Shown here: positions 18,718 to 27,826 of the stretch, piece by piece
Position numbering within the stretch: the stretch's first letter is position 1
Layout of the letters: every line of letters begins with the position of its first letter
Source of the DNA: a bacterium
Lineage (GTDB): Bacteria > Bacteroidota > Bacteroidia > UKL13-3
Direction of reading: 5' to 3'
Assembly (NCBI GenBank): GCA_034439755.1
Contig: JAWXAZ010000122.1
Coordinates: 2,117 to 66,116, forward strand
Length of the DNA: 64,000 bases
Translations under genes and position numbers: made by a program
Notes under the pieces: model-generated
What the model was told of the DNA's origin: nothing
Databases searched by the model: none
What the model saw: only the letters and a program-made list of their open reading frames with translations

Positions 18718-20742
18718 TTATGGCTTCACATAAATCTTGGTCGCATTTCTATAACCAAGCGAGTTAAGGTACCAATCTGCAAAAGTTGCTCCGCCAGTTT
18801 GCGCCCATTGTCCAAATTTTAGGTAGGCTGTTACCACATCTGCCTTTTCTATTGGATAGGCGAATTTATTGGGCGTAAGGATGGCCCAAGGCAAATTATC
18901 CTTGCTTAAATAATACTTGTTTTGCGCAATACTTGTTCTATCGTGGCCCGTGCTAAAATAGGAGGCGCTTGCCAATGCGGTAGGTGTTTTACCAGGCAAG
19001 TGAATTTCCATTCCCCTTACATGACCATCGGTTAAGCCATAGATAAAAGGATTGTATTCGCTTAAACCAAAATCTACCAAAGGTACAGCCGTAGCAAAGG
19101 TAAAATTCATGGCCACGTTTACCGAATCGGCATAAGGCTCTGTTGGTATGGTGTTCCACCGTGGCTGAACCGAACGTATGTTGCTGTAAACTTTTACCAC
19201 AGGTTTCACATGACCTGCTTCTAAACTGGCACCGCTAATGCTTGAAACATTGCTGGCAGCACCAGGAAATTCAACAGAAAATGCGTTTTCAATCTGGCCA
19301 CCACTTGCCCGCAAAGTATATTTTCCAAACACATCTTTAACGGCATTTTGTGCATTGGTCACCAAATGATAATTAAAATCAACCACCACATCATTTAAAT
19401 CGTAATCGCCGTAATAAGGCCATAGGTCTTCATAGGCAACAGAAGCATATTGGTTCAGACCGGGATAATAACTATCGAAGGCACGTGCAGCATCGCTTGG
19501 ATACTTGTCATCATCGTCGTTTACCCCATCGGCATCTGTATCGGTGCTGGGTGGTAAACTAACAATACTGTCGTTAGAGATTGCGCTAATGGGATTGCTT
19601 GTTGTATAAAAAAGCACATCATTAAAATCGTGATCACAACCAGCAGCAGTGCGCACCACATCCTCAAACCCCATCACATATTTGCCACTTGCGGCATCAA
19701 AAAACATCACCAAATGTTGCTTTAAACTAACATTGTTTTCTGGGTTAAAATCTTTGTGTGCATAATACATTCCCTGACCAGCACTCAAAACTCCGGTAGT
19801 AATATCGTATCCATTTGCGGCAATACCATAAGCAATTACGGTATCTGCGCCAATTCGGCCTATGAAAACTTTATCTCCTGCTAGCAAACCCCCACCCGAA
19901 TTGGCAAGCGATGCATTTGGATAAACTAGGTACAAAGAATCGATGGCTGCAAGGTTGCTTGGCGGAAAATTCTTGTGGTATTTATAGTAAAAAAGAGTGT
20001 TTCTAAAACCGGCACCTTCTGTTAAAAAAGTAACCCAAACATCGGCGGTTTGTTTAATTAACAAAGTTCTTTTTGAAACATTATCGTCTAACCAAGTTGG
20101 GTGGTTTATGGCCACAGATTGCTTAGAAGGCAGCGCAGCCCAAATATCATTGATCATTTGGTTGCTCACCACATCCTTTGGCGAAATCAGGTTGTTGGGA
20201 ACTCCATTGGCGTTATAACCCAATGGCAAATATCGAGAAGAGTACTTTGCCGGATTCTTAAAAAGCATGCCATTTTCAAAAATTTGGTCTGAACCAAACG
20301 TTTTTACCAACTGAGGATTTGAACCACCTAAGTTTAGCGTTTGCAAACCCGGCTTCACAGCAATAACCACATTTTCTGGTATGCCCAAAAGAGAGGTATT
20401 GCACACAATTTCTTTTAGGTAAGAAGGCACCTTAATTTTAGCCTCAAGCCATCCATTGGCAGCTACCCGTCCTTTAAATAAAAGCTTACCACCCATTTCT
20501 GAAGGTGCGGTTTCTATGGTAAAAATAACATTCTTTCCTGGCAGATTTTGTGTATTTAGAACTTGAATTTTAAAATCCATTACCACATCGCTTTGATAAT
20601 TAAATCCGCCAGGCACCTTCATTTCAAAGATGTTGGAGGGGTCTTTTACAATTGGCGCTTCTGGAGGGGTTTCTGTAATTGATTTTTTACAAGCGGAAAC
20701 AAACAGGGTAAAAAAAAGGAGAAAAACAATTAGCTTTTTCAT
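18718..20742 (-). CDS. LruC-domain lipoprotein, paralog 2
   Basis: Lipoprotein signal (LFVSAC). DTDADGVNDDDDKYPSDA followed by VAYEDLWPYYGDYDLNDVVV. The C-terminal ~230 aa are colinear with paralog 1. The middle resembles DUF4114 (GFRNTLFYY). Confidence 0.7.
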   Translation of the reverse strand: MKKLIVFLLFFTLFVSACKKSITETPPEAPIVKDPSNIFEMKVPGGFNYQSDVVMDFKIQVLNTQNLPGKNVIFTIETAPSEMGGKLLFKGRVAANGWLEAKIKVPSYLKEIVCNTSLLGIPENVVIAVKPGLQTLNLGGSNPQLVKTFGSDQIFENGMLFKNPAKYSSRYLPLGYNANGVPNNLISPKDVVSNQMINDIWAALPSKQSVAINHPTWLDDNVSKRTLLIKQTADVWVTFLTEGAGFRNTLFYYKYHKNFPPSNLAAIDSLYLVYPNASLANSGGGLLAGDKVFIGRIGADTVIAYGIAANGYDITTGVLSAGQGMYYAHKDFNPENNVSLKQHLVMFFDAASGKYVMGFEDVVRTAAGCDHDFNDVLFYTTSNPISAISNDSIVSLPPSTDTDADGVNDDDDKYPSDAARAFDSYYPGLNQYASVAYEDLWPYYGDYDLNDVVVDFNYHLVTNAQNAVKDVFGKYTLRASGGQIENAFSVEFPGAASNVSSISGASLEAGHVKPVVKVYSNIRSVQPRWNTIPTEPYADSVNVAMNFTFATAVPLVDFGLSEYNPFIYGLTDGHVRGMEIHLPGKTPTALASASYFSTGHDRTSIAQNKYYLSKDNLPWAILTPNKFAYPIEKADVVTAYLKFGQWAQTGGATFADWYLNSLGYRNATKIYVKP

Positions 20743-20816
20743 TTCAGTGGTATGTAAAGGTAAACAAAGTTAACTGTTTTGCTTAAAAGCACCAATAAAT
20801 ATAATATTTTCGTTGC

Positions 20817-21791
20817 ATGGAGTTTAAAGTTTCACAAAAGTTCCCATGCCATTCAATTCCAATAAACTATGCACAAAAAATACTGTCTATGGGTTCTTGC
20901 TTTGCGCAAAACATGGGCAATTTGTTAGGTAAGCATTATTTTAATTTGATGCTAAATCCTTTTGGAATAGTTTTTAATCCCATTAGCCTTGCTCAGCAAT
21001 TGCAATTGCTTATTGAGCCAAGCAAATTTAACGAACATACAACCCTGTTTTCTCACCAAGAACGAGTGCATTCTTGGTTGCACCATGGAAGTTTTAGTAG
21101 AACCAACAAGGCCCAATTTATGCAAGAAATAACAAGCAATTTATTGGCTGCACAGCAACAACTAAAAGAAGCTTCTACCCTTATCATAACTTGGGGTTCG
21201 GCCAATGTTTATAAACTAAAAGAAACTCAAATGGTGGTTTCTAATTGCCATAAAGTACCTGCCAATCAATTTCAAAAATACCAATTAAGTATTGGCGAAA
21301 TCGCAGAAACATACAAGCAAGTATTGAAAGAATTAAATGCCTTTAATCCGCACCTACAAATCATTTGGAGTGTGAGTCCGGTTAAGTATGTAAGAGATGG
21401 TTTGCATGAAAACAATTTGAGCAAAGCTACTTTGCTTTTGGCTTTAGAGGAGGTGATGAAATTATACCCAAATAGCTATTATTTTCCGGCCTTTGAAATG
21501 CAGCAAGATGAGTTGCGCGATTACCGCTTTTATGCCAGTGATATGGCTCATCCGAGCGAGCAAGCCATACAATATATTTGGGAGCAATTTGTGGCACATT
21601 GCATAGCCCCAAACGATCAACAACTATTGGCGCAAGTGTACGAATTTAATAGGGCCATGGAGCACCGACCACTGCATGCAGATACAGCAGAATTTCAACA
21701 ATTTAGAGCAAGCACTTTGGAGAAAATTAAACAATTTAGAAAATCTCATTCACATATAAATTTGGATCGAACCGAAATGTTTTTTAGTTAA
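20817..21791 (+). CDS. GSCFA-family protein
   Basis: The eponymous MGSCFAQNMG motif lies near the N-terminus. 324 aa. Confidence 0.8.
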   Translation: MEFKVSQKFPCHSIPINYAQKILSMGSCFAQNMGNLLGKHYFNLMLNPFGIVFNPISLAQQLQLLIEPSKFNEHTTLFSHQERVHSWLHHGSFSRTNKAQFMQEITSNLLAAQQQLKEASTLIITWGSANVYKLKETQMVVSNCHKVPANQFQKYQLSIGEIAETYKQVLKELNAFNPHLQIIWSVSPVKYVRDGLHENNLSKATLLLALEEVMKLYPNSYYFPAFEMQQDELRDYRFYASDMAHPSEQAIQYIWEQFVAHCIAPNDQQLLAQVYEFNRAMEHRPLHADTAEFQQFRASTLEKIKQFRKSHSHINLDRTEMFFS

Positions 21792-22320
21792 GTTTTAAGT
21801 TGCGTTTTAGTTGAGGTTTAGTTGCGTTTTTAGTTGAGTTTTAGTTGAGTTTTAAGTTTAGGTTTAGGTTTTGGTTGCGTTTTAGTTAAGTTTAAGTTAA
21901 GTTTTAGTTGAGTTATAGTTGAGTTTTAGAAGTAGCATAGGTTTAGGTTTAAGTTGCGTTTTAAGTTAAATTTTAGTTGAGTTTTTAGTTAAATTTTAGT
22001 TGCGTTTTTAGTTAAATTTTAGTTGAGTTTTAGTTAAGGTTGAGGTTGAGTTTTAAGTTGAGTTTTAGTTGAGTTTTAGTTGAGTTTTTAGTTGAGTTTT
22101 AGTTGAGTTTTTAGTTGAGTTTTTAGTTAAGGTTTAGGTTGAGTTTTAAGTTGAGTTTTAGTTGCGTTATAGTTGAGTTATAGTTGAGTTTTAGTTGAGT
22201 TTTAGTTGCGTTATAGTTGAGTTTTTAGTTGAGTTTTAGTTGCGTTTTAGTTGAGTTTTAGTTAAGGTTTAGGTTAAGGTTTAAGTTGCGTTTTAAGTTA
22301 AGTTTTAGTTAAGTTTTTTT
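21792..22320. repeat. Satellite array 1: about 45-50 copies of an 11-12-nt G/T-rich unit (AGTTGAGTTTT and variants)
   Basis: Fills the whole convergent intergenic gap from the GSCFA stop to 2 nt before the nth stop. Variants are GTTGCGTTTTA, GTTAAGTTTTA and GTTGAGTTATA. The plus strand is almost free of C. Confidence 0.9.
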
Positions 22321-22322
22321 TG

Positions 22323-22979
22323 CTAAACAACCGCGCCCTTTTTTAATTGAGATGCATGGTATTTGCAATAATCTTTTAAGCCACAATCGGTGCATTTAGG
22401 ACTGCGGGCCAAGCAGGTGTACCTGCCATGCAAAATGAGCCAATGGTGTGCGGTGGCCACATATTCTTGGGGAATAAATTTCATTAATTGTTTCTCTGTT
22501 TCAAGGGGAGTTTTGGCGGCTGTTGTTAGCCCTAATCGCGCACTTACCCTGTAAACATGAGTATCTACAGCCATGGCAGCTTGGTTATAAACCACACTCA
22601 AAATAACATTGGCGGTCTTTCTTCCTACTCCTTGCAAGCTTATTAAATCGGGAATGTTATTGGGCACTTGGCTATCAAAATTTTGCACCAATTTTTGGGC
22701 CATGCCAATAAGGTGTTTGGTTTTGTTGTTGGGGTAAGAAATGGATCTGATATAAGGAAACAAGGTATCAAAATGGGTCTGAGCCAAACGCTGCGGGGTA
22801 GGGAAATCCCTGAACAATTGGGGTGTTACCAGGTTCACCCGCTTGTCTGTACACTGTGCCGAAAGAATAACAGCCACCAACAATTGATAAGGATTTTGAT
22901 ACTGTAATTCGGTTTCTGCAAAGGGTGTATGCGTAAGAAAATATTGAATGACTTTTTGGTAACGCTCGGCTTTTTTCAT
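22323..22979 (-). CDS. nth: Endonuclease III
   Basis: LVAVILSAQCTDKRVN, HhH-GPD segment LQGVGRKTANV, and a C-terminal 4-Cys Fe-S cluster loop (CLARSPKCTDCGLKDYC). Confidence 0.9.
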   Translation of the reverse strand: MKKAERYQKVIQYFLTHTPFAETELQYQNPYQLLVAVILSAQCTDKRVNLVTPQLFRDFPTPQRLAQTHFDTLFPYIRSISYPNNKTKHLIGMAQKLVQNFDSQVPNNIPDLISLQGVGRKTANVILSVVYNQAAMAVDTHVYRVSARLGLTTAAKTPLETEKQLMKFIPQEYVATAHHWLILHGRYTCLARSPKCTDCGLKDYCKYHASQLKKGAVV

Positions 22980-23029
22980 CTATGCTAAAATAGTCAAATT
23001 TTAACCAATTAATCTTTACTTTTGTTTAT

Positions 23030-23551
23030 ATGAAAAGATTTTTAAGCATACTTTTATGCCTGGCTGCATTTGCCACCCATGCGCAAGAAAAGCCAAAAGT
23101 AACACCTGCCATGAAACGCTTTGTTTATCAAACATCGAGCAGCATTTATAAGGAAATGCACGAAGCGGCAGCAGGAAATTTTAATGTGGTTTACAAGGAT
23201 GGAGATAAATGGGTATTTAAATTTTCGTTTAGAGGCGAAGACAATGAAATGATGTCGGATGATGAATTCTTTGAATCTTTTGAATTTGAAATTGCGCCGC
23301 CAAAAGGAAACACTTTTGAAATAAAGGAAGTAGATTTTGCCAAAAGCAATGTAATCTATACCAGAAGCTGCTTCTGCGCAGATGCTGGTCCACGGGTTTT
23401 ATACGAAGGAAATATTACGGGCAAAAAAGTAGGCAGAAAAAAATGGCTCATCACATTCGAGGGTTCTATTAATGCGCGACCAGACAGGCAAGAAAAACCT
23501 TTTCCTAGGCAATGGAAGGGTTATTTTAATCCAGGCAAATTGGTGTATTAA
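23030..23551 (+). CDS. Hypothetical secreted protein
   Basis: 173-aa ORF with signal peptide (LLCLAAFATHAQ). No recognisable family. Confidence 0.55.
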   Translation: MKRFLSILLCLAAFATHAQEKPKVTPAMKRFVYQTSSSIYKEMHEAAAGNFNVVYKDGDKWVFKFSFRGEDNEMMSDDEFFESFEFEIAPPKGNTFEIKEVDFAKSNVIYTRSCFCADAGPRVLYEGNITGKKVGRKKWLITFEGSINARPDRQEKPFPRQWKGYFNPGKLVY

Positions 23552-23564
23552 GCTTTCACTTTTT

Positions 23565-24208
23565 AGAGATTTGTAAGCGTAATTTGTAAGGCTCTATAAA
23601 AAGTAATTTGCAAGGCAATTTACAAAGTAATTTGCAAGGCACTATAAAAAGTAGTTTCCAAAACACTAAACAATGTAGTTTCCAAGACACTTTACAATGT
23701 AGTTTGTAAGGCACGATACAATGTAGTTGCAAGACACCATACAATGTAGTTTGTAAGGCACTATACAATGTAGTTTCCAAGACACTATACAATGTAGTTT
23801 GTAAGAAAATAAACAATGTAGTTTGCAAGACATTATACAATGTAGTTTGCAAGACAATATACAATGTAGTTTGTAAGACAATAAACAATGTAGTTTTTAA
23901 GGCTCTTTACAATGTAGTTTGTAAGGCACTATACAAAGTAGTTTGCAAGACACTATACAATGTAGTTTCCAAGACACTATACAATGTAGTTTGTAAGGCA
24001 CTATACAAAGCAGTTTACAAGGCACGATACAATGTAGTTTGCAAGACACTATACAATGTAGTTTGCAAGGCACTATACAAAGTAGTTTGCAAGACACTAT
24101 ACAATGTAGTTTCCAAGACACTATACAATGTAGTTTGTAAGAAAATAAACAATGTAGTTTGCAAGACACTTTACAATGTAGTTTGCAAGACACTTTACAA
24201 TGTAGTTT
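23565..24208. repeat. Satellite array 2: about 27 copies of a 24-nt unit (CACTATACAATGTAGTTTGCAAGA)
   Basis: Regular 24-nt periodicity, degenerate at the left end. Each unit carries TACAATGTA and TTGCAA mini-palindromes. An internal segment recurs with an offset of 336 nt, equal to 14 units (23771 and 24107). Confidence 0.9.
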
Positions 24209-24234
24209 ATATTTTATACCGATTTATAGAAAAC

Positions 24235-24327
24235 AAATAGCCCAATTTCGACAAATATCTCCTAGTACTATTATATTGCTACATTGGCATTGACCTGCTA
24301 AAATTATCAAATATCTTTGGGCTATTT
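24235..24327. repeat. Copy A of a dispersed ~100-nt intergenic element
   Basis: Bounded by a perfect 11-bp inverted repeat AAATAGCCCAA (24235-24245) / TTGGGCTATTT (24317-24327). Shares the 18-mer ATTTCGACAAATATCTCC (24245-24262) and an AAAATTATCAAA hairpin module with copy B at 59316-59414. Confidence 0.6.
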
Positions 24328-24397
24328 TATAATTACAATGGGTATTATTTGACAACATAAAATGCTATTTTTAGTTCTTACTATTTAACACCTAATT

Positions 24398-24853
24398 ATG
24401 GATAATTTTAACATTCGCTTTGCCACAGAAAAAGACTGTGCCCTCCTACTTCATTTTATAAAAGGCATTGCCCATTACGAAGAATTGAGTCACCTAGTGG
24501 AGGCAACTGAGGAAAAAATACGCACGCATTTATTTGGAGTAAAATCAGTAGCAGAGTGCTTCTTGGCTTACGAGGCGGAAACACCAGTAGGCTTTGCCTT
24601 GTTCTTTCACAACTATTCTACTTTTGTTTCTAAACCTGGAATCTACTTAGAGGATTTATACATTGAGCCTCATTTTCGCGGCAAAGGTTATGGCAAAAAA
24701 CTCCTCTTGCATTTGGTTCAGACCGCCAAAGAAAGAGGCTGCGGAAGGGTTGAATGGAGTGTGTTGGATTGGAACAAACCGGCCATAGATTTTTACAAAA
24801 GTTTGGGCGCTGTAGCCATGGATGGGTGGACCATTTTTAGAATTTCTTTGTAG
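24398..24853 (+). CDS. GNAT-family N-acetyltransferase
   Basis: 151 aa. Acetyl-CoA-binding motif RGKGYGKKLL with typical GNAT layout. Confidence 0.85.
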   Translation: MDNFNIRFATEKDCALLLHFIKGIAHYEELSHLVEATEEKIRTHLFGVKSVAECFLAYEAETPVGFALFFHNYSTFVSKPGIYLEDLYIEPHFRGKGYGKKLLLHLVQTAKERGCGRVEWSVLDWNKPAIDFYKSLGAVAMDGWTIFRISL

Positions 24854-26074
24854 TTAATCTATCTCAAAATAATTGAGGTCTTTGCTAAAGGAATCTTTGA
24901 TATACCAGGTGGCAAAAAAGGCTAGCAAGAGGCAGGCTGAACCTACCCAAAACGCTGCGTTTACCACGCCAAAAGATTTGGATAAACTGGCAAAACTTAG
25001 GGTAATTGGCACTACGGCGCCGCGCACAAAATTGGGAACGGTATTGGTTACGGTGGAGCGAATATTGGTGCCAAATTGTTCGGAGGCAATGGTTACAAAT
25101 AAGGCCCAATAGCCTGTGGCGAAGCCTATTCCGAAGCACATATATTTATAATAATCTACGCTAACTTGTTTGTTAAAAAGGTAAATAACCATTAGCACAA
25201 AAGAGAAAAACAAGTATAGATACACTACTTTTTTGCGGCTTTTTAAATACTGACTAAGGAGTCCGCTTACAAGGTCGCCTGCCGATAAACCTAGGTAGGC
25301 AAACATCACCGAATCGGCCACATCAATTTTACCAATGAGGCCTTGTGCTTCGGCAAATCGGTTCGATAAATTAACCATTACGCCAATGGCAAACCAAATG
25401 GGAAGGCCAATTAAAATGCAAGCGAGGTACTTTAAAAAGAGGCTCCATTTTTTAAACAAGGATAGAAAGTTGCCGCGTTTTATTTCATTGTTCTGAACCA
25501 AATTTTGATACATGCCACTTTCGTAAGCGCCTGCCCGCATAAGCAAAAGTGAAAGTCCCAATCCACCGCCCACTAAGTAAGTTGTTTGCCAGCCAAAACT
25601 TTTGCCCACTAAGCCTGCTACCACAGCGCCCAGGGCGCCAAAGGTTACAATAATCATGGTGCCATAGCCACGTTTTTCTTTGGGCATATTTTCTGCTACG
25701 AGGGTAATTCCGGCGCCAAGCTCGCCCGCCAAACCAACGCCTGCAATAAAGCGCATAAGGGCATATTGTTCTATGTTTACTACAAAGGCATTGATGATAT
25801 TGGCAATGGAGTATAAAAAAATAGAGCCAAATAAAACGGAAACTCTTCCTTTTTTATCGCCCATAATTCCCCAAAGCAACCCGCCTAATAGCATGCCGGT
25901 CATTTGGAGGTTAAACAAAAATATTTCTTTTACTTTAAGCGCTTCGCCTGTAAAACCTAAGGCTTGCAGACTTTCATTTTTTACCACATTAAAAACAATG
26001 AGGTCGTAAATATCTACAAAATAGCCTAGGGCAGCTACAATAATAAGGAGGCTAACTTTGTTTTTGGCTTGCAT
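24854..26074 (-). CDS. MFS transporter
   Basis: 406 aa with about 12 predicted hydrophobic helices and a GDKKGR loop motif after TM2. Confidence 0.8.
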   Translation of the reverse strand: MQAKNKVSLLIIVAALGYFVDIYDLIVFNVVKNESLQALGFTGEALKVKEIFLFNLQMTGMLLGGLLWGIMGDKKGRVSVLFGSIFLYSIANIINAFVVNIEQYALMRFIAGVGLAGELGAGITLVAENMPKEKRGYGTMIIVTFGALGAVVAGLVGKSFGWQTTYLVGGGLGLSLLLMRAGAYESGMYQNLVQNNEIKRGNFLSLFKKWSLFLKYLACILIGLPIWFAIGVMVNLSNRFAEAQGLIGKIDVADSVMFAYLGLSAGDLVSGLLSQYLKSRKKVVYLYLFFSFVLMVIYLFNKQVSVDYYKYMCFGIGFATGYWALFVTIASEQFGTNIRSTVTNTVPNFVRGAVVPITLSFASLSKSFGVVNAAFWVGSACLLLAFFATWYIKDSFSKDLNYFEID

Positions 26075-26122
26075 GCGCTTTCTTTAGTGAAAGGCAAAAT
26101 AGCAAATTATTTGATAAAAAAA

Positions 26123-26599
26123 TCAGGCCTTGATAAGTTGTAGAATTTGCCCCAGGTATTTTTCGTCAATATGGTCAAAGTGATTTAAATATTCACTGTC
26201 TACATCCAGTACCCCAATAATTTGTTGGTTCGGACCGAAAAGGGGTAAAACTATTTCTGATTTGCTTGCGGCGCTGCAGGCAATATGACCCGGAAAGGCT
26301 TCTACATCTGGCACCACGAGACTTCGTTTTTGTTGCCAAGCGCTGCCACAAACGCCTTTTCCAAAGGCAATTCTGGTGCATGCAAGGGTGCCTTGAAACG
26401 GACCAAGTACGAGTTCGTTGCCTTTTACCAAATAAAAGCCAACCCACCACCAGCGAAAAGTTTCTTTTAAAACCGCGCAACAGTTGGCCAGGTTGGCTAT
26501 TAAATCGGCTTCAGACTCAAGGAGTCCGCGCAATTGCGGCAAGAGTTGAAGGTATATTTCTTCCTTACCCAAAGAGGCGTTTAACTCAATGGTTTGCAA
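26123..26599 (-). CDS. GAF-domain protein, free methionine-(R)-sulfoxide reductase-like
   Basis: 158 aa. The CTRIAFGKGVCG and HIAC Cys motifs are characteristic of the YebR/fRMsr GAF family. Confidence 0.7.
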   Translation of the reverse strand: MQTIELNASLGKEEIYLQLLPQLRGLLESEADLIANLANCCAVLKETFRWWWVGFYLVKGNELVLGPFQGTLACTRIAFGKGVCGSAWQQKRSLVVPDVEAFPGHIACSAASKSEIVLPLFGPNQQIIGVLDVDSEYLNHFDHIDEKYLGQILQLIKA

Positions 26600-26605
26600 G
26601 GTAAA

Positions 26606-26824
26606 TTATTTTGTGGCAGTGGTTGAATCTGCGGCAACTGGTGCTGTTTCTGTAGCAGGTACTGCTGTTTCTTCTGCCTTAACGTTTGCACTGTTTACAG
26701 AATAACCTGCACTTTCAGATTTGTATTTCTCGTTGTCGTTAAGGGTTTTTTGAGCTTCCTCGGTTCCGTAATGACAAGCACTTAAGGTAGCTGCAAAAGC
26801 AAAGGCAAATAAAATCTTCTTCAT
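26606..26824 (-). CDS. Small lipoprotein (hypothetical)
   Basis: 72 aa with lipobox LSAC. Confidence 0.5.
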   Translation of the reverse strand: MKKILFAFAFAATLSACHYGTEEAQKTLNDNEKYKSESAGYSVNSANVKAEETAVPATETAPVAADSTTATK

Positions 26825-26890
26825 TTGTTTGATATTTTAATCTTTTTATTTTTTGTAAATAACGCTGCGAATATAAAAATTTGTTACACT

Positions 26891-27826
26891 TTATTTAAGT
26901 TCAAATTCTGAGTTTCCAATTTTAAAGCCTTCACAATACAATTCTGCCTTGTAATTTCCTTTTACAAACTCACTTCCTTTGTCCCAATAAATGCTTACTT
27001 GCTGACCTTCTTGGTTAAAATCGATGGATTTCTTTGTGCTGTATAAAGACTCTTCGTTTTGAAACTGGAAAGTACCAGAACCTGCTGCCTGGTTGTAAAC
27101 AGTTGCGCCATCTGGGCCGGTTACTTTAAGGTAAACGTCTTTTTTGCCCATTTCGGTCACATAATTTTCATTGATAGCGAAGGTAATTTTTAATTGATCG
27201 ATTTGAGAAACGCGGATGGTTTCTTTTTCTTTTCCATTCGAACGCAATTTAATACCGGTGATAAATAAGTTTTCGGTGCTTAACTTAGCGCCGATGGCCA
27301 CTTTATTGCTAAGGCGAGAAATATCCATATTGAGGTTTTCGTTCTTGCGCTTCTGCTTATCGATATCGGTTTTGAGGGTTTTATTCTCGGAGTTAAGCGC
27401 AACAATTACGGTGTTAAGTGAGTCTATCTGACCAATGTATTTGCGTTTATAATAGCGCAATAAATCTAACTCGTCGTTGGCTTTTTCTAATTCATCTTTG
27501 GTGAGTTTACCCTTGCGTAAAATAAACTCTATGCGATCTGCAAAAAGCTGCAATGAGTCGTTTTTCTCACGCAAAAACTGGTCTAATACAGAATTTTTTC
27601 CTTTATAATCTGTTAATTCTAAATCGGTTTCTTTGAGCAAAATTTCTAAATCGGCGCGGGTAGAATCCGATTGGAACAATTCAACCTCTTTTACGGCTAG
27701 TTTTTTATCGGTTTTAAAGTAATTAAAGGTAAAGAATGCCAGTAACATTAGGAGTAGAATATTGATAACGGTCTGAGAAATGATGATAACTCTATACCGT
27801 TTTAACTTTTTTTCTTCATTTTGCAT
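26891..27826 (-). CDS. Membrane-anchored coiled-coil protein (hypothetical)
   Basis: I prefer ATG 27826 (MQNEEKK) over the upstream GTG. One TM segment, a long heptad-rich region and a beta-rich C-terminus. Confidence 0.55.
   Translation of the reverse strand: MQNEEKKLKRYRVIIISQTVINILLLMLLAFFTFNYFKTDKKLAVKEVELFQSDSTRADLEILLKETDLELTDYKGKNSVLDQFLREKNDSLQLFADRIEFILRKGKLTKDELEKANDELDLLRYYKRKYIGQIDSLNTVIVALNSENKTLKTDIDKQKRKNENLNMDISRLSNKVAIGAKLSTENLFITGIKLRSNGKEKETIRVSQIDQLKITFAINENYVTEMGKKDVYLKVTGPDGATVYNQAAGSGTFQFQNEESLYSTKKSIDFNQEGQQVSIYWDKGSEFVKGNYKAELYCEGFKIGNSEFELK

Noticed and set aside
23556-24193. ORF-track proteins made of KLHCIVSC or LQTTLYIV octapeptide repeats (110, 71 and 98 aa, minus strand)
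   Set aside because: They are by-products of the 24-nt DNA periodicity. Two of the three minus-strand frames stay open simply because the unit lacks stops in them. The ORFs break wherever a unit variant introduces a stop. There is no promoter or start context and no signal peptide.
21792-24208. CRISPR array interpretation of the two tandem arrays
   Set aside because: The units are contiguous, with no unique spacers. Unit sizes (11-12 and 24 nt) and head-to-tail organisation do not fit repeat-spacer architecture, and there are no cas genes in the window.
26193-26604. Several 61-112-aa ORFs on both strands overlapping the GAF-domain gene
   Set aside because: They have Arg/Cys-rich out-of-frame composition. 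The GAF frame carries the conserved fRMsr-type Cys motifs.
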